From: a virus
Strand: one strand, 5' to 3'
Length of the DNA stretch: 29,170 nt
IMG/VR virus record: IMGVR_UViG_3300027805_000061
Coordinates: 1 to 29,170 of that record
The notes under the pieces are model-generated. The model ran no database searches and was not told where the DNA came from. It worked only from the letters and a program-made list of their open reading frames with translations. A program made the position numbers and the translations under genes. Position 1 is the first letter of the stretch; every line of letters begins with the position of its first letter. Positions 17,388 to 24,947 of the stretch are shown piece by piece.

Positions 17388-17627
17388 ATGAAAACAATTA
17401 TTTTAACTACCAACACAAATAACCCTTTCATTAATTACATGACAATTTTAGAAGAAACTGAAAAGGCTTTCAAAATTGAAAATGAATATAAAACTTATTC
17501 ATGCTGGATTCCTAAATCAGCTCTTCAGATTGTAGATGAGGTTATTGAAAGCTATACGTTTAAAATGTGGTTCCGTAAAATAGATGGTGGTAAAGCTATC
17601 GATAAAGCTTTTAGATTATTCAACTAA
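17388..17627 (+). CDS. Hypothetical early protein (79 aa), cargo of cassette 1
   Basis: ATG follows an A-rich leader downstream of the promoter. The ORF-track start at 17322 lies upstream of the -7 box. Confidence 0.6.
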   Translation: MKTIILTTNTNNPFINYMTILEETEKAFKIENEYKTYSCWIPKSALQIVDEVIESYTFKMWFRKIDGGKAIDKAFRLFN

Positions 17628-17631
17628 ATAA

Positions 17632-17666
17632 AAAAAAGGGGTGCGACTTTTCAACGCATATTTTTT
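17632..17666 (+). terminator. Conserved hairpin / weak intrinsic terminator, copy 1
   Basis: The 27-mer aaaaaaggggtgcgacttttcaacgca is identical to 22167-22193. Stem GUGCG/CGCAU, then a U6 run. Confidence 0.5.
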
Positions 17667-17686
17667 AAACCTTAAATAAATAAATT

Positions 17687-17803
17687 ATGAGAAACTTAAT
17701 CAATTATTTCACTCCTAGAAATGAAGAGGAGAAAAACTCTCTACTAGGACTTATCTCAGGCTTAGTAGTACTATCTATCATCTTTTACTTTTATTCACTC
17801 TAA
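17687..17803 (+). CDS. Small membrane protein (38 aa), not in the ORF track
   Basis: MRNLINYFTPRNEEEKNSLLGLISGLVVLSIIFYFYSL, with a C-terminal TM helix. Confidence 0.4.
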   Translation: MRNLINYFTPRNEEEKNSLLGLISGLVVLSIIFYFYSL

Positions 17804-17815
17804 AACCTGCTTAAA

Positions 17816-18031
17816 ATGGAAAATCAGACGTTTGTAGAATTCATCATAGATATGATTACTGATGAACATTATAAAACCTTATCAGATGACTTCAAAAAAG
17901 AAATGTTCTCTAGAATGGAAGCAATGTATCAAAGAAATATAGAAGATTCATTTAAGAGAGGGCACTCTTCAGGATATATCGAAGGACTTCAAAAAGGAAT
18001 TGATACGTTATCTAAATCTTTAAATAAATAA
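17816..18031 (+). CDS. Hypothetical early protein (71 aa)
   Basis: ORF, possibly a distant paralog of 18412 and 18788. Confidence 0.55.
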   Translation: MENQTFVEFIIDMITDEHYKTLSDDFKKEMFSRMEAMYQRNIEDSFKRGHSSGYIEGLQKGIDTLSKSLNK

Positions 18032-18033
18032 CT

Positions 18034-18174
18034 ATGGAAGTGAAATGTTTGTACTGCTCAGGCTTAGGACATTATGAAGTATCAGATATAGAAGAATCTA
18101 GATATACCTGGAGCGAATGTATCGAATGCGATGGAGAAGGAGTAATAACTATTAACAATGAAGAAAATGAGTAA
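18034..18174 (+). CDS. DnaJ-type zinc-finger miniprotein (46 aa), not in the ORF track
   Basis: Two CxxCxGxG motifs: CLYCSGLG and CIECDGEG. Confidence 0.5.
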   Translation: MEVKCLYCSGLGHYEVSDIEESRYTWSECIECDGEGVITINNEENE

Positions 18175-18415
18175 CGAAATGAAACTACTAGCTACTATCG
18201 GCTTATTGCCTGTACTAGCTGATTTTATCGAAGATCTAAACGATCAAAATCTTTTAACTAGAGAAATGAAATTAAAGCTTAATAACGTTATGCATCAGAT
18301 TAGAGCTATAGATAAGCGAGTAATGGATTCAGCAGATGCTAGAGTAATAGATGAGCAAATAAATATGCAGATGGCTTTCAGACAATGGTTAACTAACGCA
18401 GAGAAAACAAAATGA
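18158..18415 (+). CDS. Hypothetical early protein (85 aa)
   Basis: ORF with ATGA coupling downstream. Confidence 0.55.
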   Translation: MKKMSNEMKLLATIGLLPVLADFIEDLNDQNLLTREMKLKLNNVMHQIRAIDKRVMDSADARVIDEQINMQMAFRQWLTNAEKTK

Positions 18416-18615
18416 AAACAGCAGTAGAATGGTTAGTCGAGATGCTAGAACTTGAAAGCTTTGCAAATATTAGTACCTATTCAATAGCTTGTATTGAAAA
18501 AGCAAAAGAAATGGAAAAGGAGCAGATAATGGATGCTTATATTGATGGTCATAGTACTTGGGGAATTAGTGAAAATGCAGAACAATACTATAACAAAAAC
18601 TATAAAAATAAATAA
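18412..18615 (+). CDS. Hypothetical early protein, paralog family A (67 aa)
   Basis: Shares MKT..E...E.LE, EKE.IMDA..DG and A..Y.N..Y with 18788-19018. Confidence 0.55.
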   Translation: MKTAVEWLVEMLELESFANISTYSIACIEKAKEMEKEQIMDAYIDGHSTWGISENAEQYYNKNYKNK

Positions 18616-18617
18616 GA

Positions 18618-18791
18618 ATGAAAACTTACCACATAACTTATTTTATCGAAAGAGGAAATCCTGAAGAAGGAATAAGACCTTTACTCGGAGGAACTACCTT
18701 AGAAGCTCTTACAGTAGTAGCTGCTATCTTTGAGTTTCTTAAATCAAATAATATCGAAGAATCAGAAATTAAATATATCGTAGAGCTATGA
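18618..18791 (+). CDS. Hypothetical early protein, family B (57 aa), not in the ORF track
   Basis: MKTYHITYF... is similar at the N-terminus to the ORF at 22211 (MRTYKVTYK...). ATGA coupling downstream. Confidence 0.4.
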   Translation: MKTYHITYFIERGNPEEGIRPLLGGTTLEALTVVAAIFEFLKSNNIEESEIKYIVEL

Positions 18792-19018
18792 AAACTCCTT
18801 TAGAAAAAATAATCGAAAAGCTAGAGAAGGAAAGAGAGTACTTTCAGCCTTCTTCTCAGTTTGCTTTTAACCGAGCTTTGACTTTATTAAGAGAAGGATT
18901 AGAAGAAGAAAAGGAAATTATAATGGATGCTTTTAACGATGGTGTATATAGTTCACATTGGACTATTACTCCAACTGCTCAGAAGTACTTTAATATGCAG
19001 TATCAGGATGGAAAATAA
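18788..19018 (+). CDS. Hypothetical early protein, paralog family A (76 aa)
   Basis: See 18412-18615. Confidence 0.55.
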   Translation: MKTPLEKIIEKLEKEREYFQPSSQFAFNRALTLLREGLEEEKEIIMDAFNDGVYSSHWTITPTAQKYFNMQYQDGK

Positions 19019-19376
19019 TTTTATAACGAACATACAAGTACTAATTGACCAATACGAGCTAAAACAAGTATGTAGAAAGCAGGACATTATCTATAAGAGA
19101 TACTATTTGTACGATCAACTCAGAAAAGCTAACTATTCTCTTTCAGCTATCGGTAGAATTTTCGATAAAAATCACGCTTCAGTTTTACACGGTATTCGTA
19201 TGCATAACGTATATACTAAAAGCAAAGATAAAGTGTATAAGATGTACACCGCAGACATTGTAAAGCGACTAATTACTATTCCTCAGGAAGCTAGTATAAA
19301 GGAAGCAGTATTAAATGCTGATAACTGGGATGAAATTGTTCAAATAAAATTGCAGATTAAAGAAGGATATTTTTAA
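19008..19376 (+). CDS. DnaA domain IV-like helix-turn-helix DNA-binding protein (122 aa)
   Basis: RYYLYDQLRKANYSLSAIGRIFDKNHASVLHGIRMH parallels the DnaA C-terminal signature (..AMYL.R.L...SL..IG..FGGRDHTTVLHA..K). The start was moved to ATG 19008. Confidence 0.6.
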   Translation: MENNFITNIQVLIDQYELKQVCRKQDIIYKRYYLYDQLRKANYSLSAIGRIFDKNHASVLHGIRMHNVYTKSKDKVYKMYTADIVKRLITIPQEASIKEAVLNADNWDEIVQIKLQIKEGYF

Positions 19377-19473
19377 CTTTGCAAAAGTTCGCTCTCACGT
19401 AATAGAACTGAAAAGGAATTAAAGCCCTATTGATTAGTAGCGAGGTGAGAGCCGTGAAAGTTGGTAGGGCTTT
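19375..19473 (+). other. GC-rich structured intergenic element with interleaved inverted repeats: a possible pseudoknot RNA or an origin-associated structure
   Basis: AACTTT/AAAGTT (19375-80 / 19384-89, and again at 19457-62). GCTCTCAC/GTGAGAGC (19391-98 / 19445-52). AAAGCCCTA/TAGGGCTTT (19421-29 / 19465-73). Confidence 0.4.
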
Positions 19474-19492
19474 GTAATTCAATAAAAAAATA

Positions 19493-20194
19493 ATGAGTAA
19501 AGAACTCCCATTTTTTAAATTTAATGCTACTCAATGGCTTACGGGTAACATTAACTACGAATCTTTTCATACGCAAGGTGTATTTATCAAAATTTGTGCT
19601 GAATACTGGAATCGATCAAATGAAATGTCTTATGAAGATATTGTTTTAAGAGTAAATGATTTAACTACTATCGATTATTTGATAGAAAAAGAGTATATAA
19701 AAGTCAAAAACAAAAAAATATTTATCAAATTCTTAGATGAAGAGAAAATAGAAATTGACTCTAAACACTTGAAACTCAGTGAAGCAGGTCGTAAGGGTGG
19801 CTTAAGCAGTGTTAAAGCTAGGCTTAAGCAAGGCTCAAGCATAAAGAATAAGAATAAAGAAGAAGATAAAGATAAAGAAGATAGTATTGTATTTATTCCT
19901 GAAACTAAGAAGGATATTTTACTAAACAACTGGATAAACTATCGTAAAGAGATTAAGAAGAAATTAAGCGAAGCTTCTATAAACAACCTAAAGAAACTTA
20001 TAGAAACTAAATCTGAGGAGTGTATAGAGTTTGTAATTAACGAATCTATCAGTAATGGATGGCAAGGTTTATTTTGGGATAACTACAAAGAGAAACCTAA
20101 AACGTATAAATCCGTAGACGATCTTTATGCAGAGAATGTAATGAGACAAATGGAAGAAAACCAGAGAAGAAATGATACTACAAGAAGGACATAG
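19493..20194 (+). CDS. Replisome-organizer-like protein with a DUF1376-like N-terminus
   Basis: The N-terminus LPFFKFNATQWLTG...GVFIKICAEYW resembles the DUF1376 pattern. Lies upstream of the helicase gene. Confidence 0.5.
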   Translation: MSKELPFFKFNATQWLTGNINYESFHTQGVFIKICAEYWNRSNEMSYEDIVLRVNDLTTIDYLIEKEYIKVKNKKIFIKFLDEEKIEIDSKHLKLSEAGRKGGLSSVKARLKQGSSIKNKNKEEDKDKEDSIVFIPETKKDILLNNWINYRKEIKKKLSEASINNLKKLIETKSEECIEFVINESISNGWQGLFWDNYKEKPKTYKSVDDLYAENVMRQMEENQRRNDTTRRT

Positions 20195-21053
20195 CACCCA
20201 ATATTTGAACGATTACAAAGAAGGAAAGATTTCTCAGGGCTTAGGAATCGGAAATGTACTAGATGACTATTTAAGATTCAAACGTAAGCAGCTAAACATA
20301 GTTCTAGGACACGATAACGTAGGTAAATCTTACTGGATGGAATGGTATTTCCTAGCTCTAGCTACTACTCACGAACTTAAGTTTACTATTTGGATGGGAG
20401 AGAATTCTTCAGGTCAAGTAATGCGAGATTTTATTCAAATGTACTCAGGAAGATTCTTCGGAGATTTAACCTACTCAGAGATACGGAATGCAGAAAAGTA
20501 CATTGAAACATATTTTAAATTCGTGGATAACTCTAAACTATACAAACCGAAAGAAATGCTAGATATAATAGGAAGTACTACCTGCGATGTAGGTTTTATT
20601 GATCCTTTTACAGGACTAGATAGAGGAATGCAGCATTCTGATAATTATGAGTTTCTGAATGAAACTAGGCAGTTTTGTAATCAATCGAATAAAACTCTAT
20701 ACATTAGCACACATCCGAACTCTGAAAGTGGAAGAACTGGTATGCTTTATCCTCAAGATCATCAGTGGGTAGGACATTTAAAACCGCCTCTTAAAGCTCA
20801 TATCGAAGGAGGAAAACCTTTTTTAAATAGATGTGACGATATGATAGTAATTCACCGACTAGTAAAGCACCCTACTATGAAATATCAAACTATGATAGAT
20901 ATAGAAAAGATTAAAGATAGAGATACTGGAGGGCAGCAGACGGAACTAGGGCAACCATTACTATTTGACTTTAATAGAGGGCTAGGTTTTACGATAGGAG
21001 GAATAGATGCAATAAAAAGACCTAGAAAAATAACGAATAATTTACCTTTCTGA
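20172..21053 (+). CDS. DnaB-like / RecA-fold replicative helicase (293 aa)
   Basis: Walker A motif GHDNVGKS, then the FTIWMGENSSGQVMRDF pattern typical of the DnaB C-terminal domain. Confidence 0.6.
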   Translation: MILQEGHSTQYLNDYKEGKISQGLGIGNVLDDYLRFKRKQLNIVLGHDNVGKSYWMEWYFLALATTHELKFTIWMGENSSGQVMRDFIQMYSGRFFGDLTYSEIRNAEKYIETYFKFVDNSKLYKPKEMLDIIGSTTCDVGFIDPFTGLDRGMQHSDNYEFLNETRQFCNQSNKTLYISTHPNSESGRTGMLYPQDHQWVGHLKPPLKAHIEGGKPFLNRCDDMIVIHRLVKHPTMKYQTMIDIEKIKDRDTGGQQTELGQPLLFDFNRGLGFTIGGIDAIKRPRKITNNLPF

Positions 21054-21325
21054 TGAAACAACTAGATATAATACTAGCTCATAGCCAATTATTAATGCTT
21101 AGGAGAGTACTAATAAGCTCTATAGACGAAATAAAAGAAAAGCATCCAACTAGAATTGATTTAATCAGCTCTATGGAAAAACGGACTCAAGAGCTAATGG
21201 AAGCTACTATAGTTTTTCACAAGCTAGAAAAAGAGCATAATCAGGTATTGAAAAAGCTATATTCTTTACACGAGGATAATTTAAGATTAAAGAAAGAGAA
21301 CAAAGAACTAAAGGAACTATTATGA
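21053..21325 (+). CDS. Hypothetical coiled-coil protein (90 aa)
   Basis: ORF coupled on both sides. Confidence 0.55.
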   Translation: MKQLDIILAHSQLLMLRRVLISSIDEIKEKHPTRIDLISSMEKRTQELMEATIVFHKLEKEHNQVLKKLYSLHEDNLRLKKENKELKELL

Positions 21326-21855
21326 CAAACTTCGATAAGCCCTGCAAAAAATGCGGAGATATATTTACTCCGTATAGAACCTTCGATAAATTCTGCTACT
21401 TATGTAAGAAAACTGAGGAAGCTTTAAAGAACCTAGATAAGATAAAGAAAGAAAAAAAGAAGAAGCAGAAAGAGGATTTACTTACTCTTCAGGATTACTT
21501 AAAAATAGCTCAGGCTACTTTCAATAAGTACATAAATCTAAGAGATCAGGGAAAGGATTGTATCTCCTGCTTTAAGCCGATTAAAGGAAGAGTTAACGCA
21601 TCTCACTACTATAATGCAAATAATCACTATTCACTTAGATTCGATGAGGATAATGTTCATAGCTCCTGCATAACCTGTAATCAGTTTCTTTCTGGAAATC
21701 TTATAAATTATCGTAAAGGACTTCTAGAACGCATCGGAGAAGCTAAAATAAGCCGATTAGACGAACTTTCTAATGTTACTCGTAAGTTTACTAAGGAGGA
21801 GTTAAAAGAATTGATTAGAGAGTATAAGGAGAAGATTAAAAATCTAGGCAAATAG
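21322..21855 (+). CDS. ninG: NinG-like recombination protein
   Basis: Cys clusters CKKCG...CYLCKK and CISC...SHYY...HSSCITCN, arranged as in lambda NinG. Confidence 0.55.
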   Translation: MTNFDKPCKKCGDIFTPYRTFDKFCYLCKKTEEALKNLDKIKKEKKKKQKEDLLTLQDYLKIAQATFNKYINLRDQGKDCISCFKPIKGRVNASHYYNANNHYSLRFDEDNVHSSCITCNQFLSGNLINYRKGLLERIGEAKISRLDELSNVTRKFTKEELKELIREYKEKIKNLGK

Positions 21856-21907
21856 AAAATAATTAAATTTTTTTTGTTGAAAATGTTTTTTGTATTCAGA
21901 AGAGTAT

Positions 21908-21922
21908 TATATTTGCGTATAA
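21908..21922 (+). promoter_or_regulatory. Early promoter: -7 box TATATTTG plus GCGTATAA
   Basis: TAnnTTTG match. 23 nt to ATG 21939. The upstream block 21855-21883 is nearly identical to 17301-17331. Confidence 0.6.
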
Positions 21923-21938
21923 ACAAAAACGAAAAGAT

Positions 21939-22163
21939 ATGAAAATTCAAGCAAAAGATTTAAAAGTAGGAATGACAGTTAAAGAAAGTTTTTGGTCAAT
22001 AGTGATTGATAACATTGTATACTCAAACCTAAAAAACGGAACGCCTACTGTAATTATTTCGGGAATAATAACTAACAAACAAAAAAATATTTACGGAAAA
22101 TGTGTTGCACCTTATGAAGGTGAAAGATTGTATAAACATTTAACATTCGTGAACGCTAATTAA
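21939..22163 (+). CDS. Hypothetical early protein (74 aa), cargo of cassette 2
   Basis: ORF between a conserved promoter and a conserved hairpin. Unrelated in sequence to the cassette 1 cargo. Confidence 0.6.
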   Translation: MKIQAKDLKVGMTVKESFWSIVIDNIVYSNLKNGTPTVIISGIITNKQKNIYGKCVAPYEGERLYKHLTFVNAN

Positions 22164-22166
22164 AAT

Positions 22167-22199
22167 AAAAAAGGGGTGCGACTTTTCAACGCACATTTT
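22167..22199 (+). terminator. Conserved hairpin / weak intrinsic terminator, copy 2
   Basis: The 27-mer is identical to 17632-17658. Stem GGUGCG/CGCAC, then a U4 run. Confidence 0.45.
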
Positions 22200-22210
22200 A
22201 AATCTAATTT

Positions 22211-22375
22211 ATGAGAACGTATAAAGTAACTTACAAATGTAAAACTAGACCTTCTGAGGACTGGAAAAACTGCTATAAGATAGTAGAAGCAGTATCAGAA
22301 GCTGATGCAAAGAAGAGAGCTGATTTATGGATTCCTTTAATTAAAGAAGTAGAACTATTAAAAACTGAGAAATGA
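22211..22375 (+). CDS. Hypothetical early protein, family B (54 aa), not in the ORF track
   Basis: MRTYKVTYKCKTRPSEDW... with ATGA coupling to the next ORF. Confidence 0.45.
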   Translation: MRTYKVTYKCKTRPSEDWKNCYKIVEAVSEADAKKRADLWIPLIKEVELLKTEK

Positions 22376-22614
22376 GATTTCATTTAGAAGAACAGGAAGA
22401 ACAGGAAAATCTATTAAGAGAGATAATCCTAGCTGATATAATCGGATATAGAATGAGAGGACTTAAAGAGAATGGAAGTTACTCTAGAGAATCTCCTAGC
22501 TTTCGTAGTGTATTATACACTATCTACTCTAAGCTACCTATAGAAGATTTACGATCTATTCACGAACTTAAAGTACTATACTATGAGCGTTCTACGGAGA
22601 GGAGAAAAAATTAA
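22372..22614 (+). CDS. Hypothetical protein (80 aa)
   Basis: ORF. Confidence 0.5.
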   Translation: MRFHLEEQEEQENLLREIILADIIGYRMRGLKENGSYSRESPSFRSVLYTIYSKLPIEDLRSIHELKVLYYERSTERRKN

Positions 22615-22798
22615 CTGGGAATCAGAAACTTTGAGAGTATTAAATATAGAAGTATGCTCTGAAGGAAAGCTATCAGGAATCAAAGTAAATACTATAGCTT
22701 GGAAAATGGTACTAGATGAAGAATCAAACGTAGTACTAGATTTAAGTAACGGATATTGGACTAAAGGAATAAATGTAAAACCTATAACAAATGAGTAA
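22583..22798 (+). CDS. Hypothetical protein (71 aa)
   Basis: ORF that overlaps its neighbours at both ends. Confidence 0.5.
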   Translation: MSVLRRGEKINWESETLRVLNIEVCSEGKLSGIKVNTIAWKMVLDEESNVVLDLSNGYWTKGINVKPITNE

Positions 22799-23180
22799 AA
22801 AAGAAGAAGTACTAATTAAGTACAAAGAACTGCTAGAGCTAGTTTATGAATACTGCGTAAAAGAAGAACCTTTTACCTGTAAGCACCTTACTAGAGGATT
22901 AAAAATAACTGATAGAGCTATTATCGTTTTAAGAAAAGAAGGAATTATTACAAAGCTTACTAAAGGAAGAAAGAAGCTATATAAATGGAATTATTTATCT
23001 CCTCCTACTTCTGCTCTAGTTTATGATTTTTATGAAGCAGTTAATAGAGATCAGCAGGAATGGCTATTAAAACAAAAGAGTAAAAAGATGGATAATCAGA
23101 GAACTATGATTTTTGTAGAGAATGAAGTTCCTAAGCAGAGAAGAAAGATTAGTATCTTATGGGGCTTAATTACTTTTTAA
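22791..23180 (+). CDS. Hypothetical protein, possibly a winged-helix DNA-binding protein (129 aa)
   Basis: The segment LTRGLKITDRAIIVLRKEGIITKLTKGRKKLYKW looks wHTH-like by eye. Confidence 0.45.
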   Translation: MSKKEEVLIKYKELLELVYEYCVKEEPFTCKHLTRGLKITDRAIIVLRKEGIITKLTKGRKKLYKWNYLSPPTSALVYDFYEAVNRDQQEWLLKQKSKKMDNQRTMIFVENEVPKQRRKISILWGLITF

Positions 23181-23184
23181 TTAC

Positions 23185-23199
23185 TATATTTGCGTATAA
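23185..23199 (+). promoter_or_regulatory. Early/middle promoter: -7 box TATATTTG plus GCGTATAA
   Basis: The 15-mer is identical to 21908-21922. 23 nt to ATG 23216. Confidence 0.55.
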
Positions 23200-23215
23200 T
23201 TAAAACCTATAAATA

Positions 23216-23791
23216 ATGAGAACAAAAAAAGAACTAGTAGAAGTACCTGAGAACCTTATAGAGATTCAGGAAGTAAAATCAGTACCTATGGTAGGATTCG
23301 GAATTTATGTAAAGCTATGGAAAGCAAAGCATGAAATTAAAGGAGTAACTAAAGGGAAAGATAATCCTTTCTTTAAGAGTAAATACGCGGATCTTAATGC
23401 TATTCTAGATGCAGTAGAACCTATCTTACTTAAATACAATTTAATCATCTTACAGCCTATTCTAGAAGGTCAAGTAGTAACTCAGATAATTGATATTGAA
23501 ACTGGAGAGAAAGTAGAGAGTAAATTACTACTACCTATTCTAAATGATCCTCAGAAGCAGATAGCAGGAGTTACTTACTTTCGTAGAGCTACTTTACAGA
23601 GCTTATTATCGCTTCAGGCAATAGATAACGATGGAAATGAGCTTAGAGATGCTGATAAGAAAGAAAAGCTCTCAGAGGAAAGATTTAGCTCAGCTCTTAA
23701 TGCACTAGCAGAAGGTAAAGTAACTAAGGAACTGCTATTAGATAAATTCGCTTTAACTCAGGATCAAATTATTAAACTAGCTCAGCTATGA
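23216..23791 (+). CDS. erf: Erf-family single-strand annealing protein
   Basis: KSKYADLNAILDAVEPILLKYNLIILQ matches the ERF core signature. Confidence 0.65.
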   Translation: MRTKKELVEVPENLIEIQEVKSVPMVGFGIYVKLWKAKHEIKGVTKGKDNPFFKSKYADLNAILDAVEPILLKYNLIILQPILEGQVVTQIIDIETGEKVESKLLLPILNDPQKQIAGVTYFRRATLQSLLSLQAIDNDGNELRDADKKEKLSEERFSSALNALAEGKVTKELLLDKFALTQDQIIKLAQL

Positions 23792-24486
23792 AAGTAAGAT
23801 GTTCATCAATAGGTAAGATAATGACCTCTCCAAAAACTAAAGGAGAGGTTCTATCTAAAACTACTAAAACCTTTATAGAGGATTTATTTAAGGAGAATGA
23901 GCTAGGTATCTATAAAGACTTCAGTTCTAAACATACTTCTAAAGGTAACGAATGCGAGAAAGAAGGAATAGCTCTAGCTAATGAAGTACTAGGATGGGGA
24001 TTAGATTTCGATTACATAGAGAACGGAGGACAGGAGAGATACGAAAATGATTATATCAAAGGACATACTGATGTATCTACTGATTCTATTCTAGCAGATA
24101 TTAAAGTAAGTTACTCAGGAACTAGCTTTCCTTTCTTTATGGAGCTGGAAGATATTCCAAAGGATTACTACTACCAACTTCAGGGCTATATGTGGCTTAC
24201 AGGAAAGAATGTAAGTACTTTAGCTTATTGCTTAATCAATACTCCTGAAAAGCAGGTACTAGATGAAATCAGAGCTGAATACTGGAAGCAGGGAGTAATA
24301 GATGAAGATTTAGAGATAGAAGAATTCATAAGAGCTAAACATAACTTTGATAGATTTCCTAAAACTCAAAGAGTAAAAGCTTTTTTAGTAGAGCGAAATG
24401 ATTCAGTAATTGAAAAGATAAAGGAAAGAGTACTAGAATGCAGAGAGTACTATAATTCACTATTTAAGAAATTTAATGTAGAATAA
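23788..24486 (+). CDS. PD-(D/E)XK (YqaJ/lambda Exo-like) recombination exonuclease
   Basis: GHTD...ADIKVS (D...D/E-x-K) and YYYQLQGYMWLTG. ATGA coupling to erf. Confidence 0.6.
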   Translation: MKVRCSSIGKIMTSPKTKGEVLSKTTKTFIEDLFKENELGIYKDFSSKHTSKGNECEKEGIALANEVLGWGLDFDYIENGGQERYENDYIKGHTDVSTDSILADIKVSYSGTSFPFFMELEDIPKDYYYQLQGYMWLTGKNVSTLAYCLINTPEKQVLDEIRAEYWKQGVIDEDLEIEEFIRAKHNFDRFPKTQRVKAFLVERNDSVIEKIKERVLECREYYNSLFKKFNVE

Positions 24487-24487
24487 A

Positions 24488-24676
24488 ATGGTAGATAGAA
24501 TAGTAATTCAGGTTATGAATAAATTCGCAGATAGATCTGAAGCAGGAATAAAGAAGTACGGAACGAATCTAGAAAGAAAGGATTTAAGTACTTTAGAATG
24601 GATAAATCATGCTCAGGAAGAAGCTATGGATTTCGTTCTATACCTAGAGAGATTAAAACAGGAGCATGAAAAGTAA
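24488..24676 (+). CDS. Small hypothetical protein (62 aa), tentatively like a dATP/dGTP diphosphohydrolase N-terminal domain
   Basis: Pattern KKYG...L..WI.HAQEEAMD.VLYLERL. Confidence 0.35.
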   Translation: MVDRIVIQVMNKFADRSEAGIKKYGTNLERKDLSTLEWINHAQEEAMDFVLYLERLKQEHEK

Positions 24677-24779
24677 ACTAATGTACTTTCTAGCAGGAGT
24701 AGGATTCGCAGGAATTCTATTCACTAGCGAAGAATTAAGTAAAGAATGGCAATCAATTATAAACAATTTAATACACTAA
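24666..24779 (+). CDS. Small membrane protein (37 aa), not in the ORF track
   Basis: MKSKLMYFLAGVGFAGILFTS..., with one TM helix. Confidence 0.3.
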   Translation: MKSKLMYFLAGVGFAGILFTSEELSKEWQSIINNLIH

Positions 24780-24947
24780 AAAAATGACTAGACAAGAGGA
24801 GAAAATGGATTTAACTCATGGAGCTTTATATTATGAGGTTACTTGGAAAATACAAACTTTACAACTACTTCCTAAAAAGTTATATGAGGAAATAGAACAA
24901 ATGATCGAAAATAAAATTTATCAATACGAAGAACAAACTAAATAATT

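Noticed and set aside
19375-19473. The GC-rich element as a tRNA, an attP site or a simple intrinsic terminator.
   Set aside because: It has no acceptor or T-arm geometry and no GTTCGAATC-like T-loop. The genome has no integrase. The helices are interleaved with 35-46-nt loops and are not followed by a clean U tract.
24783-24914. A 43-aa ORF (MTRQEEKMDLTHGALYYEVTWK...) in the 24780-24947 gap.
   Set aside because: It is too short and featureless to support from sequence alone. I left it unannotated, although it may be real.
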